A stretch of DNA of 62,926 nucleotides, the filler included. It is 4 parts of 4 records of this genome, joined end to end, with 100 filler letters (N's around TTAATTAATTAA, not from the genome) between each part and the next. Parts side by side here need not be neighbours in the genome. Positions count along the whole stretch, not along the records: positions 18,758 to 31,927 come from SRR31156797_502; positions 32,028 to 41,780 come from SRR31156797_518; 2 more parts are not named here. One strand, 5' to 3'. Below the pieces are notes generated by a model that did not search any database, was not told where the DNA came from, and worked only from the letters and a program-made list of their open reading frames with translations. The translations under genes were made by a program, and so were the position numbers. Below are positions 30,156 to 39,527 of this stretch, one piece after another. The first letter of the stretch is position 1; the number at the start of each line of letters is the position of its first letter.

Positions 30156-31927
30156 TTACGGCGTGGGAGGGAGTATCGCCTTGATGGTTCCCGACTCCTC
30201 CCGGATGCCCAAATCCCCCAGGAAACCGTTCCCCCTGACTTTGACGGTAAGGGTATAGGTCCTCAGTCTTCTGGGAACAAAGACAACCTCCTGTACCCAG
30301 TACTTTTCGAGGTCATTATAGTAAGGGGGGGAAACCGTCATATCATCCAGATACTCGGTCGGTTCTATGTGCCAGGAGATATTGCAGTCCGTGCCGTGGC
30401 AAATGGGGTTGTTGATGCCGTCCACCAGACAGGGAGAAAGCTTGCATTCATGCGATACAATAACATCCTCTTCACCGAAGGCGCATATTTCGGGAAGTGA
30501 AAAAATCCGTTCACCGGGAAAAGGGTTTTCATAATGGAAAAGGCTGTTGCCGGAATTGTTTTTGAAAGGTCGAAACCATGATCTTGAGCCCATTGAATGG
30601 GCGTGGTAAACATCAAAGCGTTCAAATTCCTTAAGGGAACCCGGTTCCGGTTCCATTTGAACGGAAAACTGCAGGGTCGATTTTGATAGAAAAAACCGTT
30701 TCGTGAACATCTCCGCCGTGAATTCGGGGGTCAGGTAAAAGTCCCATTCGGCGTCATGAATGGTGTCCATCTCACAGGTGAGCGTATGCACGGGTGATAT
30801 TGAGTCGCCCGTGAATTCCCATCCCGTGTTCCGGGACCAGGTGGTGGTGGATGATATATCGGTTTCAAGGTCAATGGGGGCCGTCATGTGGAGCGGTTCT
30901 TTGGCGGAAAAGGTAATCCCTCCGTACAATGTGAATCCGTTGGTTTCACGGATCGGCAGTGTTCCCGACAAAAGATCAACGGCGCCGTGACGGATGGTCA
31001 GGGGCATCAGGTGGTTGCCCGAATTCTCAAGGGGTTGATCCAGGGCAAATCGGAGTTCGCCGCTAATATCCAAGGGTCCCGTCAAACGGGTTTTTAGGGC
31101 CAGCAAGCCGTCGGCAGCGTATTGCGCAGTGATCATCAGCATGGGTTTGAAACGGATGCCGTAAAAAAAGTCGATGCCGGGATAAAGGGCGTTGTGAAAT
31201 GGAAAATTCCCATACGGCAGGTCATTCAAGCAGGGCCATGAGACCGTGACGTTCAATTCTCCATCCCTGATCACCTGGTCAAGAGAAGCCTCTTTCACCG
31301 CCAGAATGGTCAGGCTTCCATCCGAATAGACAACGGTAATTTTCCCCAGGCGAAGTTGACCGGTATTCATGTCTTGATAGACCAGGAAATCGTCGGTTTC
31401 AAACCGGTCCGAATAATCGCCGTCAAAGGTCATTTTGCTGTGGGAATATTCGATGGGGGTTGAAACAATGTCAGTCAGGACTTTCGGGGTCCGGCGAAGG
31501 GTCAACCGCGATTGCGTCGCCGGAAGGGGGGGAAGGGTCGAGCTTACGGCGCCGCTTGGAGTCTCCGCCTGAACCAGGAAATAGCGGGTTCCGGTTTCAT
31601 CGGGTATGGGGATGAGGGCCGAAGTGGCGCCTGTAACGCTATCCAGCAGGTTTTCCGGACGGCGCAGATGGCCGGGGTCTTCCGTGTCTCCCATGTAAAT
31701 ACGGTAGGTCATTTGGTCCGGCGGGGTACCCATACACGACGCCTCCCCCCAGGAAAGCCAGGCCGCGGACAGGGTTTCCCCTGACGCCTCGTCCGTGGCA
31801 ATGCAGGCCGCGGCCGTTTGCAACCCTTTGAAGAAAACTTCTTCGGAATTATGAACAAAATGGGCCGTAATGATTGCATTGCGGGGGTTCGTCAGCCAAA
31901 ACCGCGTATCCGCCTCAAAAGAGTCGT
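30156..31927 (-). CDS. Hypothetical, probably extracellular protein with an FN3-like segment; 5' end runs off the contig
   Basis: The frame is open to the contig edge. LSW...TP...YRIY...YFLVQA is FN3-like, and the remainder is beta-rich. Confidence 0.6.
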
Positions 31928-32027
31928 NNNNNNNNNNNNNNNNNNNNNNNNNNNNNNNNNNNNNNNNNNNNTTAATTAATTAANNNNNNNNNNNNNNNNN
32001 NNNNNNNNNNNNNNNNNNNNNNNNNNN
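31928..32027. other. Artificial contig linker
   Basis: N44-TTAATTAATTAA-N44. Confidence 0.98.
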
Positions 32028-32064
32028 TTTCTTCACTATCAACAAAATAAAAAATTTAAAACAG

Positions 32065-34197
32065 ATGAAAACAACACTACTTCTTATCATCATCATGCTG
32101 CTTGCCGGTAGTACAGCCTTTCCGGCAGAAAAAGTTTCACAAGAAGAAGCCGCCACCGTAGCCCGCCATTTTTATTACGAACGGGTATGTCAGATCGATA
32201 AAATATCTCCGGAAAAAATTCTGATAAAGGACATCAGGATGGTCAGCAATGAAAGCCACGGACTTTATTATGCCGTGAATCTACAAGATGGATTTGTACT
32301 TGTTTCCGCTCATAAAAATGTTTTCCCGGTTTTGGGGTATTCCTTTGATGGGCAATTCAGGGAGACCATAAAACAAGAAAATGTAGCTGCATGGCTCGGC
32401 CAGTACGAACGACAAATCTCCCACGCCATCCAAACCGATGCACCGGCTTTTGCGGAAACAATATCTGCCTGGAAAAAGTATCTTGCCGAAGATTTTTCAA
32501 CAAAAGAAATCGAAAATATTCGAAGTCTTGAACCGATGCTCATCTCCAACTGGGACCAGGGATTGTATTACAACGGACAGTGTCCTTCCGATCCCAACGG
32601 CACCGGGGGACATTGTGTGACCGGATGTGTGGCCACGGCACTAGGACAATTGGTGTATTATTTCAGATTTCCACAGTCCGGCACAGGATCGTATTCTTAT
32701 GATGATCCCAATTACGGAACCATCTCGGCCAACTTTGCCGAAGCCGATTATAATTACAATCAGATGATGAATGTGCTGAATGCCCCAAACCCTGAAGTTG
32801 CCGAACTCATTTTTCATTTGGGTGTGGCCTGCGACATGGTTTACGGGCCACAAAGCTCAGGCATGTATAACCACAAAGCAGCTTACGCCTTGCGAACTTT
32901 CTTTAAATATTCACCGGAAACCCGGTACGTATATCGCGACAGCACCAATATGGACTGGGATAGCCTGATGGTGACCCATCTCGATCAGAGGATACCGATG
33001 TACTACGCCGGCTGGTCGGTGCCCAACATCAACGGACATGCCTTTATCGTAGATGGCTACCAGGAGGATCACTTTTATCATTTTAACTGGGGCTGGGGTG
33101 GTAGCTACGATGGCTATTTTTATACCGAAGCACTCACACCCGGCGGAAACAATTTTAACCTTGCACAGGAACTGATCATCAACGCCTTTCCGGATACGAC
33201 GAATTATTCCTACCCGGATTTTTGCGCAGGTGATCAAGAGTTTACCTTTAAAGGAGGCACAATTACGGATGGCAGTTATCCGGTTTATAATTACCAGAAC
33301 AACGCGGATTGCCAGTGGTTGATTGATCCACAGAACGAACAGGATTCTGTAACCAACATTACGCTTTCATTTCAGCGATTCGATCTGGACGGTAATTCCG
33401 ATTTCGTTAATGTTTATGATGGTGACAACACTTCGGCGCCAATGCTGGCAAGCCTTGTCGGGAACACCCTACCCGATCCGATTGTTTCATCCGGAAACAA
33501 AATGCTGGTTACTTTCAGCTCAGATGAGTTGGGTGAAGCTCCGGGATTTTTTACTTCTTTCGAAAGCAACCAACCAACCTGGTGCAACGGTACCACTGTA
33601 TTGCTGGAACAGGAGGGCGAATTTTCTGACGGAAGTCATTCGTTTTTCTATAACAACAGTTCAACCTGCATGTGGCAGATCATGCCCGTCAATGCAAATG
33701 CTGTAACGTTGTATTTCACCAGTTTTGATACGGAACCCGGCCAGGATCATGTAAAAATTTACGACACCGAAACCATGGACTTGCTGGCAGATTATTCAGG
33801 ATATTATCCACCTGACGATTTGCCACCACCCGTAACTTCAGAAAGCGGCAAGATATTTTTCCTATTTCACACTAATGCAAGTGGCCGGGCACAGGGCTGG
33901 GAAGCCGGGTATTATTCTAACCTGGTTGGCATCCAGGAGCAGACCACTGAAAACCAGTTCAGGATATTTCCTAATCCGGCACAACACATTTTGTATATAG
34001 ATCAGAATGGCACCAGGGATGACATTCACAAAATTGAATTTCATAACGCATTAGGTGGTAAACAACAGGATTGGATTTTTAATGGCAAAAACCAAAACAC
34101 CCTGACAATTGATATCGGAGGTTTCGCAAAAGGGCTGTATTTTATCAGAATACACACAGCTAATGGCCTTGAGGCACATAAAATTTTGATCAGGTAG
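32065..34197 (+). CDS. C10 (streptopain-like) cysteine peptidase with prodomain, two CUB domains and T9SS C-terminal signal
   Basis: Signal peptide, WDQ, TGCVATA, GHAF and HFNWGW. CUB-like CQWLI and CMWQI repeats. IFPNP...GLYFI...KILI C-terminal domain. Confidence 0.92.
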   Translation: MKTTLLLIIIMLLAGSTAFPAEKVSQEEAATVARHFYYERVCQIDKISPEKILIKDIRMVSNESHGLYYAVNLQDGFVLVSAHKNVFPVLGYSFDGQFRETIKQENVAAWLGQYERQISHAIQTDAPAFAETISAWKKYLAEDFSTKEIENIRSLEPMLISNWDQGLYYNGQCPSDPNGTGGHCVTGCVATALGQLVYYFRFPQSGTGSYSYDDPNYGTISANFAEADYNYNQMMNVLNAPNPEVAELIFHLGVACDMVYGPQSSGMYNHKAAYALRTFFKYSPETRYVYRDSTNMDWDSLMVTHLDQRIPMYYAGWSVPNINGHAFIVDGYQEDHFYHFNWGWGGSYDGYFYTEALTPGGNNFNLAQELIINAFPDTTNYSYPDFCAGDQEFTFKGGTITDGSYPVYNYQNNADCQWLIDPQNEQDSVTNITLSFQRFDLDGNSDFVNVYDGDNTSAPMLASLVGNTLPDPIVSSGNKMLVTFSSDELGEAPGFFTSFESNQPTWCNGTTVLLEQEGEFSDGSHSFFYNNSSTCMWQIMPVNANAVTLYFTSFDTEPGQDHVKIYDTETMDLLADYSGYYPPDDLPPPVTSESGKIFFLFHTNASGRAQGWEAGYYSNLVGIQEQTTENQFRIFPNPAQHILYIDQNGTRDDIHKIEFHNALGGKQQDWIFNGKNQNTLTIDIGGFAKGLYFIRIHTANGLEAHKILIR

Positions 34198-34281
34198 TTG
34201 TATGCTTTCAGTGGTAATTTGGCCTGATCCGGATAACATGTAATTTTCTTCATGATGAATTCTGTAGCCTGAAAAATACCG

Positions 34282-34314
34282 TTTGCTTATCAAATCAGGG
34301 AAAGCCTATTTTTG
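34282..34314 (+). promoter_or_regulatory. Bacteroidetes sigma-A promoter (-33 TTTG / -7 TAnnTTTG)
   Basis: TTTG at 34282-34285 and TATTTTTG at 34307-34314 (21-nt spacer), 4 nt before ATG 34319. Confidence 0.6.
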
Positions 34315-34318
34315 TCAG

Positions 34319-36037
34319 ATGAATGGCCTTAAAAATTTTATACTGCTTTTTGCGCTGCTATTAACTTGTTATTTGAGTGTAGCACAAACTCCACATGTTG
34401 ATAGCTTAAAAATTGAATTGGGCCTCACAAGTCAACCGTTAAAGAAAGCCGGCCTGCTTATCGAAATAACCGATGCCCTGAAAACCCCGGCGCCAAAACA
34501 AGCCCTTGAACATGCGGAGGAATTGAAGAAATTATCTGAAACCAGGCCTGACAACTTAATCATTGCACTTAATCTGATTGCTGAAATCCATATCGAGTTG
34601 GCAGATCTGAATAAAGCCATGACCTATGCCATGCAGGCCAGGCAAAAAGCCACCGAAAATGAAAACACTATCGGGTATATTACGGCCAGCAATCACATCG
34701 CACATATATACAGCAAGCTCGGCTTATACGATAAAAGTTTCGAGTTTTATTTTGACTGCCTTGAAAAGTGTGAGAAACTGGATAATCAAGTTATGCTTTC
34801 GAAGATTTATAATGGAATCGGGATTGTATATCATAATCAAAACAATTTTAAAAAAGCACTCGAATATTATTTAAAGGCGCTACAGATTGCCAGAGAAATT
34901 GATGATTTGGAAGGGATAGGCAAAGGCCTTAATAATGTTGCAGCAATATATGGAGTTCAACGTAAGGATTCGCTGGCACTTAACATTTTAATGAAGGCAC
35001 TCAATCATAACCGGGAGCATCATTTCCCTGACCTTGTTGGTGTGAATTATCTAAATCTCGGCTATTATTACCAGGAAGTTCAAATGTATGATTCGGCACT
35101 ACAGTATTACGATAAAGCCCTTGACATTTATACGAAAATGGATGATATTACAGCGATAATCAGTACAAAAATATTTATGGCGGAATTTTACCAGACCACC
35201 GGTGAAAACACACTTGCTATTGAGCTGGCAAAAGAATCACTAGAGGCATCCAAAAAGTACAAGTTGAAGCGGTTTGTTTATGAAACGGCCGGACTATTGT
35301 ACCAGACCTACCTTCAAAACAGCGATAGCTTAAGGGCATTTACATACCAGGTTTTGCAGTTACAAATGAAAGACAGTTTGAATATTGAGGAACAACAAAC
35401 TGAAATGTCGAATCTTGAGTTGCAATATCAATTCAATAAAGCGGAAGAGAAGTTTAAGGCCAACCAACAACGCAGAAACCTCATCACGCTAATCATCATC
35501 ATAAGCCTTGTTTTTTTGGTTGTGATGGTTATCATGCTGTGGAACCGTCAAAAAATCGTAGCTAAAAATATTTCCCTCGAAAACGAAAAACTGGAAATGA
35601 ACCTGGAAATCAGAACCAAAGAGCTAACAAGCAATGCCCTGGCCATTATGAAAAAAAATGAAACCCTTGTGGGGTTGGGCAAAAAATTAAAGGCCGCACA
35701 CAAAAATGCACAAAACGAAGAAACCAGGAAGACCTTAAAACAAATTATGTGGACCTTAAACAAAACAGTGGATGAAAGTGCATGGGATGAGTTTAACATG
35801 AGATTCCAGCAGGTACACAATGATTTCTACAAAACCCTAAGCCAAAAATTCCCGTCCATTACTTCAAATGAACAACGGTTGTGTGCCTTCCTAAAATTAA
35901 ACATGACCACCAAAGAAATTTCGGAACTCACAGGCCAGCGGACCTCAACAATTGACATAGCCAGAACCCGGCTTCGTAAAAAACTTGGCATTACCAATAC
36001 CCAGACCAACCTGGTAACTTTCCTTTCGCAATTGTAA
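34319..36037 (+). CDS. Membrane-anchored TPR sensor / LuxR-type HTH regulator
   Basis: Signal peptide, TPR repeats, a TM helix (LITLIIIISLVFLVVMVIMLW), then WDEF..RF..VH and LCAFLKLNMTTKEI...RLRKKL. Confidence 0.88.
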   Translation: MNGLKNFILLFALLLTCYLSVAQTPHVDSLKIELGLTSQPLKKAGLLIEITDALKTPAPKQALEHAEELKKLSETRPDNLIIALNLIAEIHIELADLNKAMTYAMQARQKATENENTIGYITASNHIAHIYSKLGLYDKSFEFYFDCLEKCEKLDNQVMLSKIYNGIGIVYHNQNNFKKALEYYLKALQIAREIDDLEGIGKGLNNVAAIYGVQRKDSLALNILMKALNHNREHHFPDLVGVNYLNLGYYYQEVQMYDSALQYYDKALDIYTKMDDITAIISTKIFMAEFYQTTGENTLAIELAKESLEASKKYKLKRFVYETAGLLYQTYLQNSDSLRAFTYQVLQLQMKDSLNIEEQQTEMSNLELQYQFNKAEEKFKANQQRRNLITLIIIISLVFLVVMVIMLWNRQKIVAKNISLENEKLEMNLEIRTKELTSNALAIMKKNETLVGLGKKLKAAHKNAQNEETRKTLKQIMWTLNKTVDESAWDEFNMRFQQVHNDFYKTLSQKFPSITSNEQRLCAFLKLNMTTKEISELTGQRTSTIDIARTRLRKKLGITNTQTNLVTFLSQL

Positions 36038-36209
36038 ACCTTCCCTATTTATTTTACTGATATTCAACACACAAAATTTGCATTGTATTGATTTTGTATT
36101 ATGTATCACAAAGGGTTTTAATGATTTTGTCGACATAATTATTTGCTTTTACAATTGTATTAACGAGAAATTTGAGCTCAATTTAATTTAATATCCAAAA
36201 TTTAAGATC

Positions 36210-39050
36210 ATGAAAAAAAGTTTTTTACTGTCGCTAACTTTCATCATTGGTATAACTTTCGCGTATAGTCAAACCATTGTAAGCACCAATCCTGAAAACA
36301 GAAATGCTTTAATTGAAGAATTTACCGGCATTGCTTGTGGGTTCTGCCCCTATGGTCATCTGGAGGTTGCAAATTTCATTGATCAACATCCGGGTAATGC
36401 ATTTTCCATTGCCTACCACCAGGGCTATTTTGCACAACCATCGCCGGGACAACCGGATTATACCACCTTGGGCGGTGATGCATTGGGTACGTACTTTCAG
36501 GTATCGGGATGGCCAACGGGAATGGTAAACCGGGTAGATTTTGGCAGCGGACTCTTATCTGATTTGAGTTTTTGGAGTGGCTATGGCAACACAATTCTCG
36601 CTGAACAAGCCTATGTAAACATAGCCTGCGAAGCCACAATCAATCTACAAACACGAGATTTATCCGTTCATGTAGAAACCTACTTTACCGGCAACAGCCC
36701 GGCAGATGAAAATTATATTCATGTAGCCATTACACAAAAAAATGTGAAGGGGCCACAATTCAGCAGCTGGTTCAATCCTGAAGCCATCACTCCGGACGGT
36801 GCCTATATGCATCAGCACATGTTTCGCGATATGGTAACCGATGTTTGGGGAGATCAGGTTTCGCCAACCACCCAGGGAACATTCATCGACAAAACCTATG
36901 AATATACAATTCCTGAAACCATCAAGGATATTCCTTTGTGGCTGGGAAACCTCGAAATTGTATGCTTTATTTCTGAAGATGAAACAAATACTGAGAACGC
37001 AAGTGCATGTACACCGCAGCTGAGCAATTACGCCTGGACAACCGATGCCGGCCTTGAGCAAATTTTTGCTCCGGAGCAGTCCTCAGCATTTATTCAGGGC
37101 AAAGTTGAGGTGAGCAACAACGGCTCTTCTACCATAAATTCGATTACGTTTAATATCCAGATTGGAGCGGAAAACCCGGTGGAATATGTTTGGTCAGGAC
37201 AGGACATCGGACCGTATACCGTAAAAGAAATTTGCCTTCCAGCCGTGTTTTTCAATTCCACCGGCACGAATGATTACCAGGTTCAAATCATTTCGGTAAA
37301 CGGAAATACTGATGAAGATACCACAAACAATGTTTTGGCTAAATCATTCACTGAAGCACCTGAAGTTGCACTTCCTGTTACCCTGAACCTGACTACTGAT
37401 AATTATTTCGGGACGGCGTGGTATCTATATGACGATCAAAACAATGTAATCCAGCAGGGCAGCGGATATAGTTATAACCAAACCTTTGAAATTCCATTGA
37501 TTGCAGATGCCGGAAGTTATAAGCTGGAAATGACCGATTTGGATGGATTCTTTAATGGTAACTACTCGTTAACCGATGGAGACAATAATACTTTTTTCTC
37601 CGTTAACGGCAACTTTGGGAATAGCGAAATTACATCCTTCAACCTGCCGATATATGAACCAACTGCAATCATCAATTCAAATACGCAGGTAGCCTGTATT
37701 GGTGGTGCAATAGAATTTATGGATGCATCAACCGGAGGACCAACTTCATGGGAATGGACTTTTGAAGGCGGTGACCCGGAAGCCAGCACTGAAAAAAATC
37801 CCATGGTAAGCTACCAAGAGCCCGGGATTTATGATGTCACCTTAATGGTTACTAACGATTTAGGTACAAGCCAGGTAACCGTTGAAAATTATATCATGAT
37901 CACCTCGCTGGATTTCGGAAACCTCGCACTCGAATTTGATGGAAATGATGATTATGTGGAACTCAGTAACGAAAGTGCCTTTGACTTCACCGATGCTGTT
38001 ACACTTGAATTATGGATTAAGCCCGGCTCGCTTTCCGGTACACAGGGATTGATATCTAAAAATTTCGGGAACAATGCACATCCGTACCAAATACGGTTGA
38101 ACAATGGTGAGGTTTTATTTGGATTTTACAGCAATACCATAGGCTGGCAACCTGTTGAAACCTATAACGCCAACTTGCAAGTGGATGAATGGGTGCATAT
38201 AGCCTGTACATATAATATGCAGTTTGCTAAAATATTTATAAACGGCGTGCAAAAAGCCAGCTCAGTTAAAACATTTGAAATCCCTCAAAATAACCAGCCT
38301 GTTGAAATTGGCCGGTCTAAAGATGTTGCTTTTGAGTATTTTGATGGAATCATTGATGAGGTTAGAATCTGGGATATGGCCCTGGACGAGGAAACCATAT
38401 ATGATAACATGTGCGGGAACTATGCAGGAACAACCAATGAACATCTTGTGGGTTATTACAAATTCAATGAGTGTGGTGGTACGCAACTTTCTGATGTCAG
38501 TAACTTTAACAATGGTATATTAATGAATATGGTCGGGAACGAGTGGTTGGAATCGGATGCCTGCCCCGTTTATACGGTAACCTTTAATGTTGTGGATGGT
38601 AACAATTCATTTCCTGTAGAAGGAGCTACGGTTAATATGAACGGCACGATAAGATATACTAACGATAATGGTGTATGCGAATATATTGGGTACGAAGCCG
38701 GCACTTACGATTATGTTGTATCATTTGATGGTGCTATATCTGAATCGGGATCATTTGATTTGACAGATGAAAATATTGTTATCGATATCAGTCTCCTGAT
38801 CACCGGTATAAATCCAGACGGAACCCTGGCGTTTGAGGCATATCCAAACCCGGTGGAAAATGTGCTGATCGTTAGCACTCCAGAGAAGGGAACAATCAGT
38901 TTAACAGACATTTTTGGTGGTATCGTTTATCAAAATGAAGATGTAAATGGAAATCACCAGATCGACCTAAAAAATGCAATCCCGGGTATGTATATCCTGA
39001 AATATCAGATAAACGACAAAATGATAATGCGAAAAATACTGGTAAAATAA
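36210..39050 (+). CDS. Omp28-related thioredoxin-like domain + PKD + LamG + T9SS CTD protein
   Basis: EEFTGIACGFCP (CxxC) and HQHMFR; PKD WEWTFEGG...PG.YDVTL; LamG W.HIA...FDG.IDEVRIW; YPNP CTD. Confidence 0.88.
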   Translation: MKKSFLLSLTFIIGITFAYSQTIVSTNPENRNALIEEFTGIACGFCPYGHLEVANFIDQHPGNAFSIAYHQGYFAQPSPGQPDYTTLGGDALGTYFQVSGWPTGMVNRVDFGSGLLSDLSFWSGYGNTILAEQAYVNIACEATINLQTRDLSVHVETYFTGNSPADENYIHVAITQKNVKGPQFSSWFNPEAITPDGAYMHQHMFRDMVTDVWGDQVSPTTQGTFIDKTYEYTIPETIKDIPLWLGNLEIVCFISEDETNTENASACTPQLSNYAWTTDAGLEQIFAPEQSSAFIQGKVEVSNNGSSTINSITFNIQIGAENPVEYVWSGQDIGPYTVKEICLPAVFFNSTGTNDYQVQIISVNGNTDEDTTNNVLAKSFTEAPEVALPVTLNLTTDNYFGTAWYLYDDQNNVIQQGSGYSYNQTFEIPLIADAGSYKLEMTDLDGFFNGNYSLTDGDNNTFFSVNGNFGNSEITSFNLPIYEPTAIINSNTQVACIGGAIEFMDASTGGPTSWEWTFEGGDPEASTEKNPMVSYQEPGIYDVTLMVTNDLGTSQVTVENYIMITSLDFGNLALEFDGNDDYVELSNESAFDFTDAVTLELWIKPGSLSGTQGLISKNFGNNAHPYQIRLNNGEVLFGFYSNTIGWQPVETYNANLQVDEWVHIACTYNMQFAKIFINGVQKASSVKTFEIPQNNQPVEIGRSKDVAFEYFDGIIDEVRIWDMALDEETIYDNMCGNYAGTTNEHLVGYYKFNECGGTQLSDVSNFNNGILMNMVGNEWLESDACPVYTVTFNVVDGNNSFPVEGATVNMNGTIRYTNDNGVCEYIGYEAGTYDYVVSFDGAISESGSFDLTDENIVIDISLLITGINPDGTLAFEAYPNPVENVLIVSTPEKGTISLTDIFGGIVYQNEDVNGNHQIDLKNAIPGMYILKYQINDKMIMRKILVK

Positions 39051-39187
39051 TTCCCTACCAGGAAAATGAATGTTGGCGGCAATTAAGGCATTAAACCTTA
39101 GATAATAAAATCCGGGGGCTCGATAAATAATACCCATTTTATTAATCGGGCTGGTCAAAAATTGCACCACAGAAAATTTGAAATAAC

Positions 39188-39376
39188 ATGACATCACAAA
39201 AAGATAAACTTGAAAAAAGCCATAAAGGCGATAAGCCGGATAAATCAATTGATGCTTTTGAAATATTTGTTTTAAGAAAGCAAATTCAAAACAGTGCTTT
39301 ACAAAAAATCATTGAAATGCCACTGAATCAAATTAATCATAAACGACCTGATAAAAACAAGAAAAAGAAAGATTAA
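39188..39376 (+). CDS. Small hypothetical protein
   Basis: 62-aa ORF, co-oriented with its neighbours, with an A-rich translation start region. No recognisable domain. Confidence 0.35.
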   Translation: MTSQKDKLEKSHKGDKPDKSIDAFEIFVLRKQIQNSALQKIIEMPLNQINHKRPDKNKKKKD

Positions 39377-39469
39377 TAAATACCCGTTTTTGCCAGTCCC
39401 GAATTGAGTTTGTGGATTATTAATCAATCATGCAATTAGATTGGAATTTTTTACTGATCGTTAAAAATT

Positions 39470-39498
39470 TTTGATTTTCGTTAATTTATATAGCTTTG
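39470..39498 (+). promoter_or_regulatory. Bacteroidetes sigma-A promoter
   Basis: TAGCTTTG at 39491-39498, TTTG at 39470-39473, about 30 nt before ATG 39528. Confidence 0.5.
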
Positions 39499-39527
39499 TG
39501 CACTAATTTAAACTCAATTTAGCTGAT

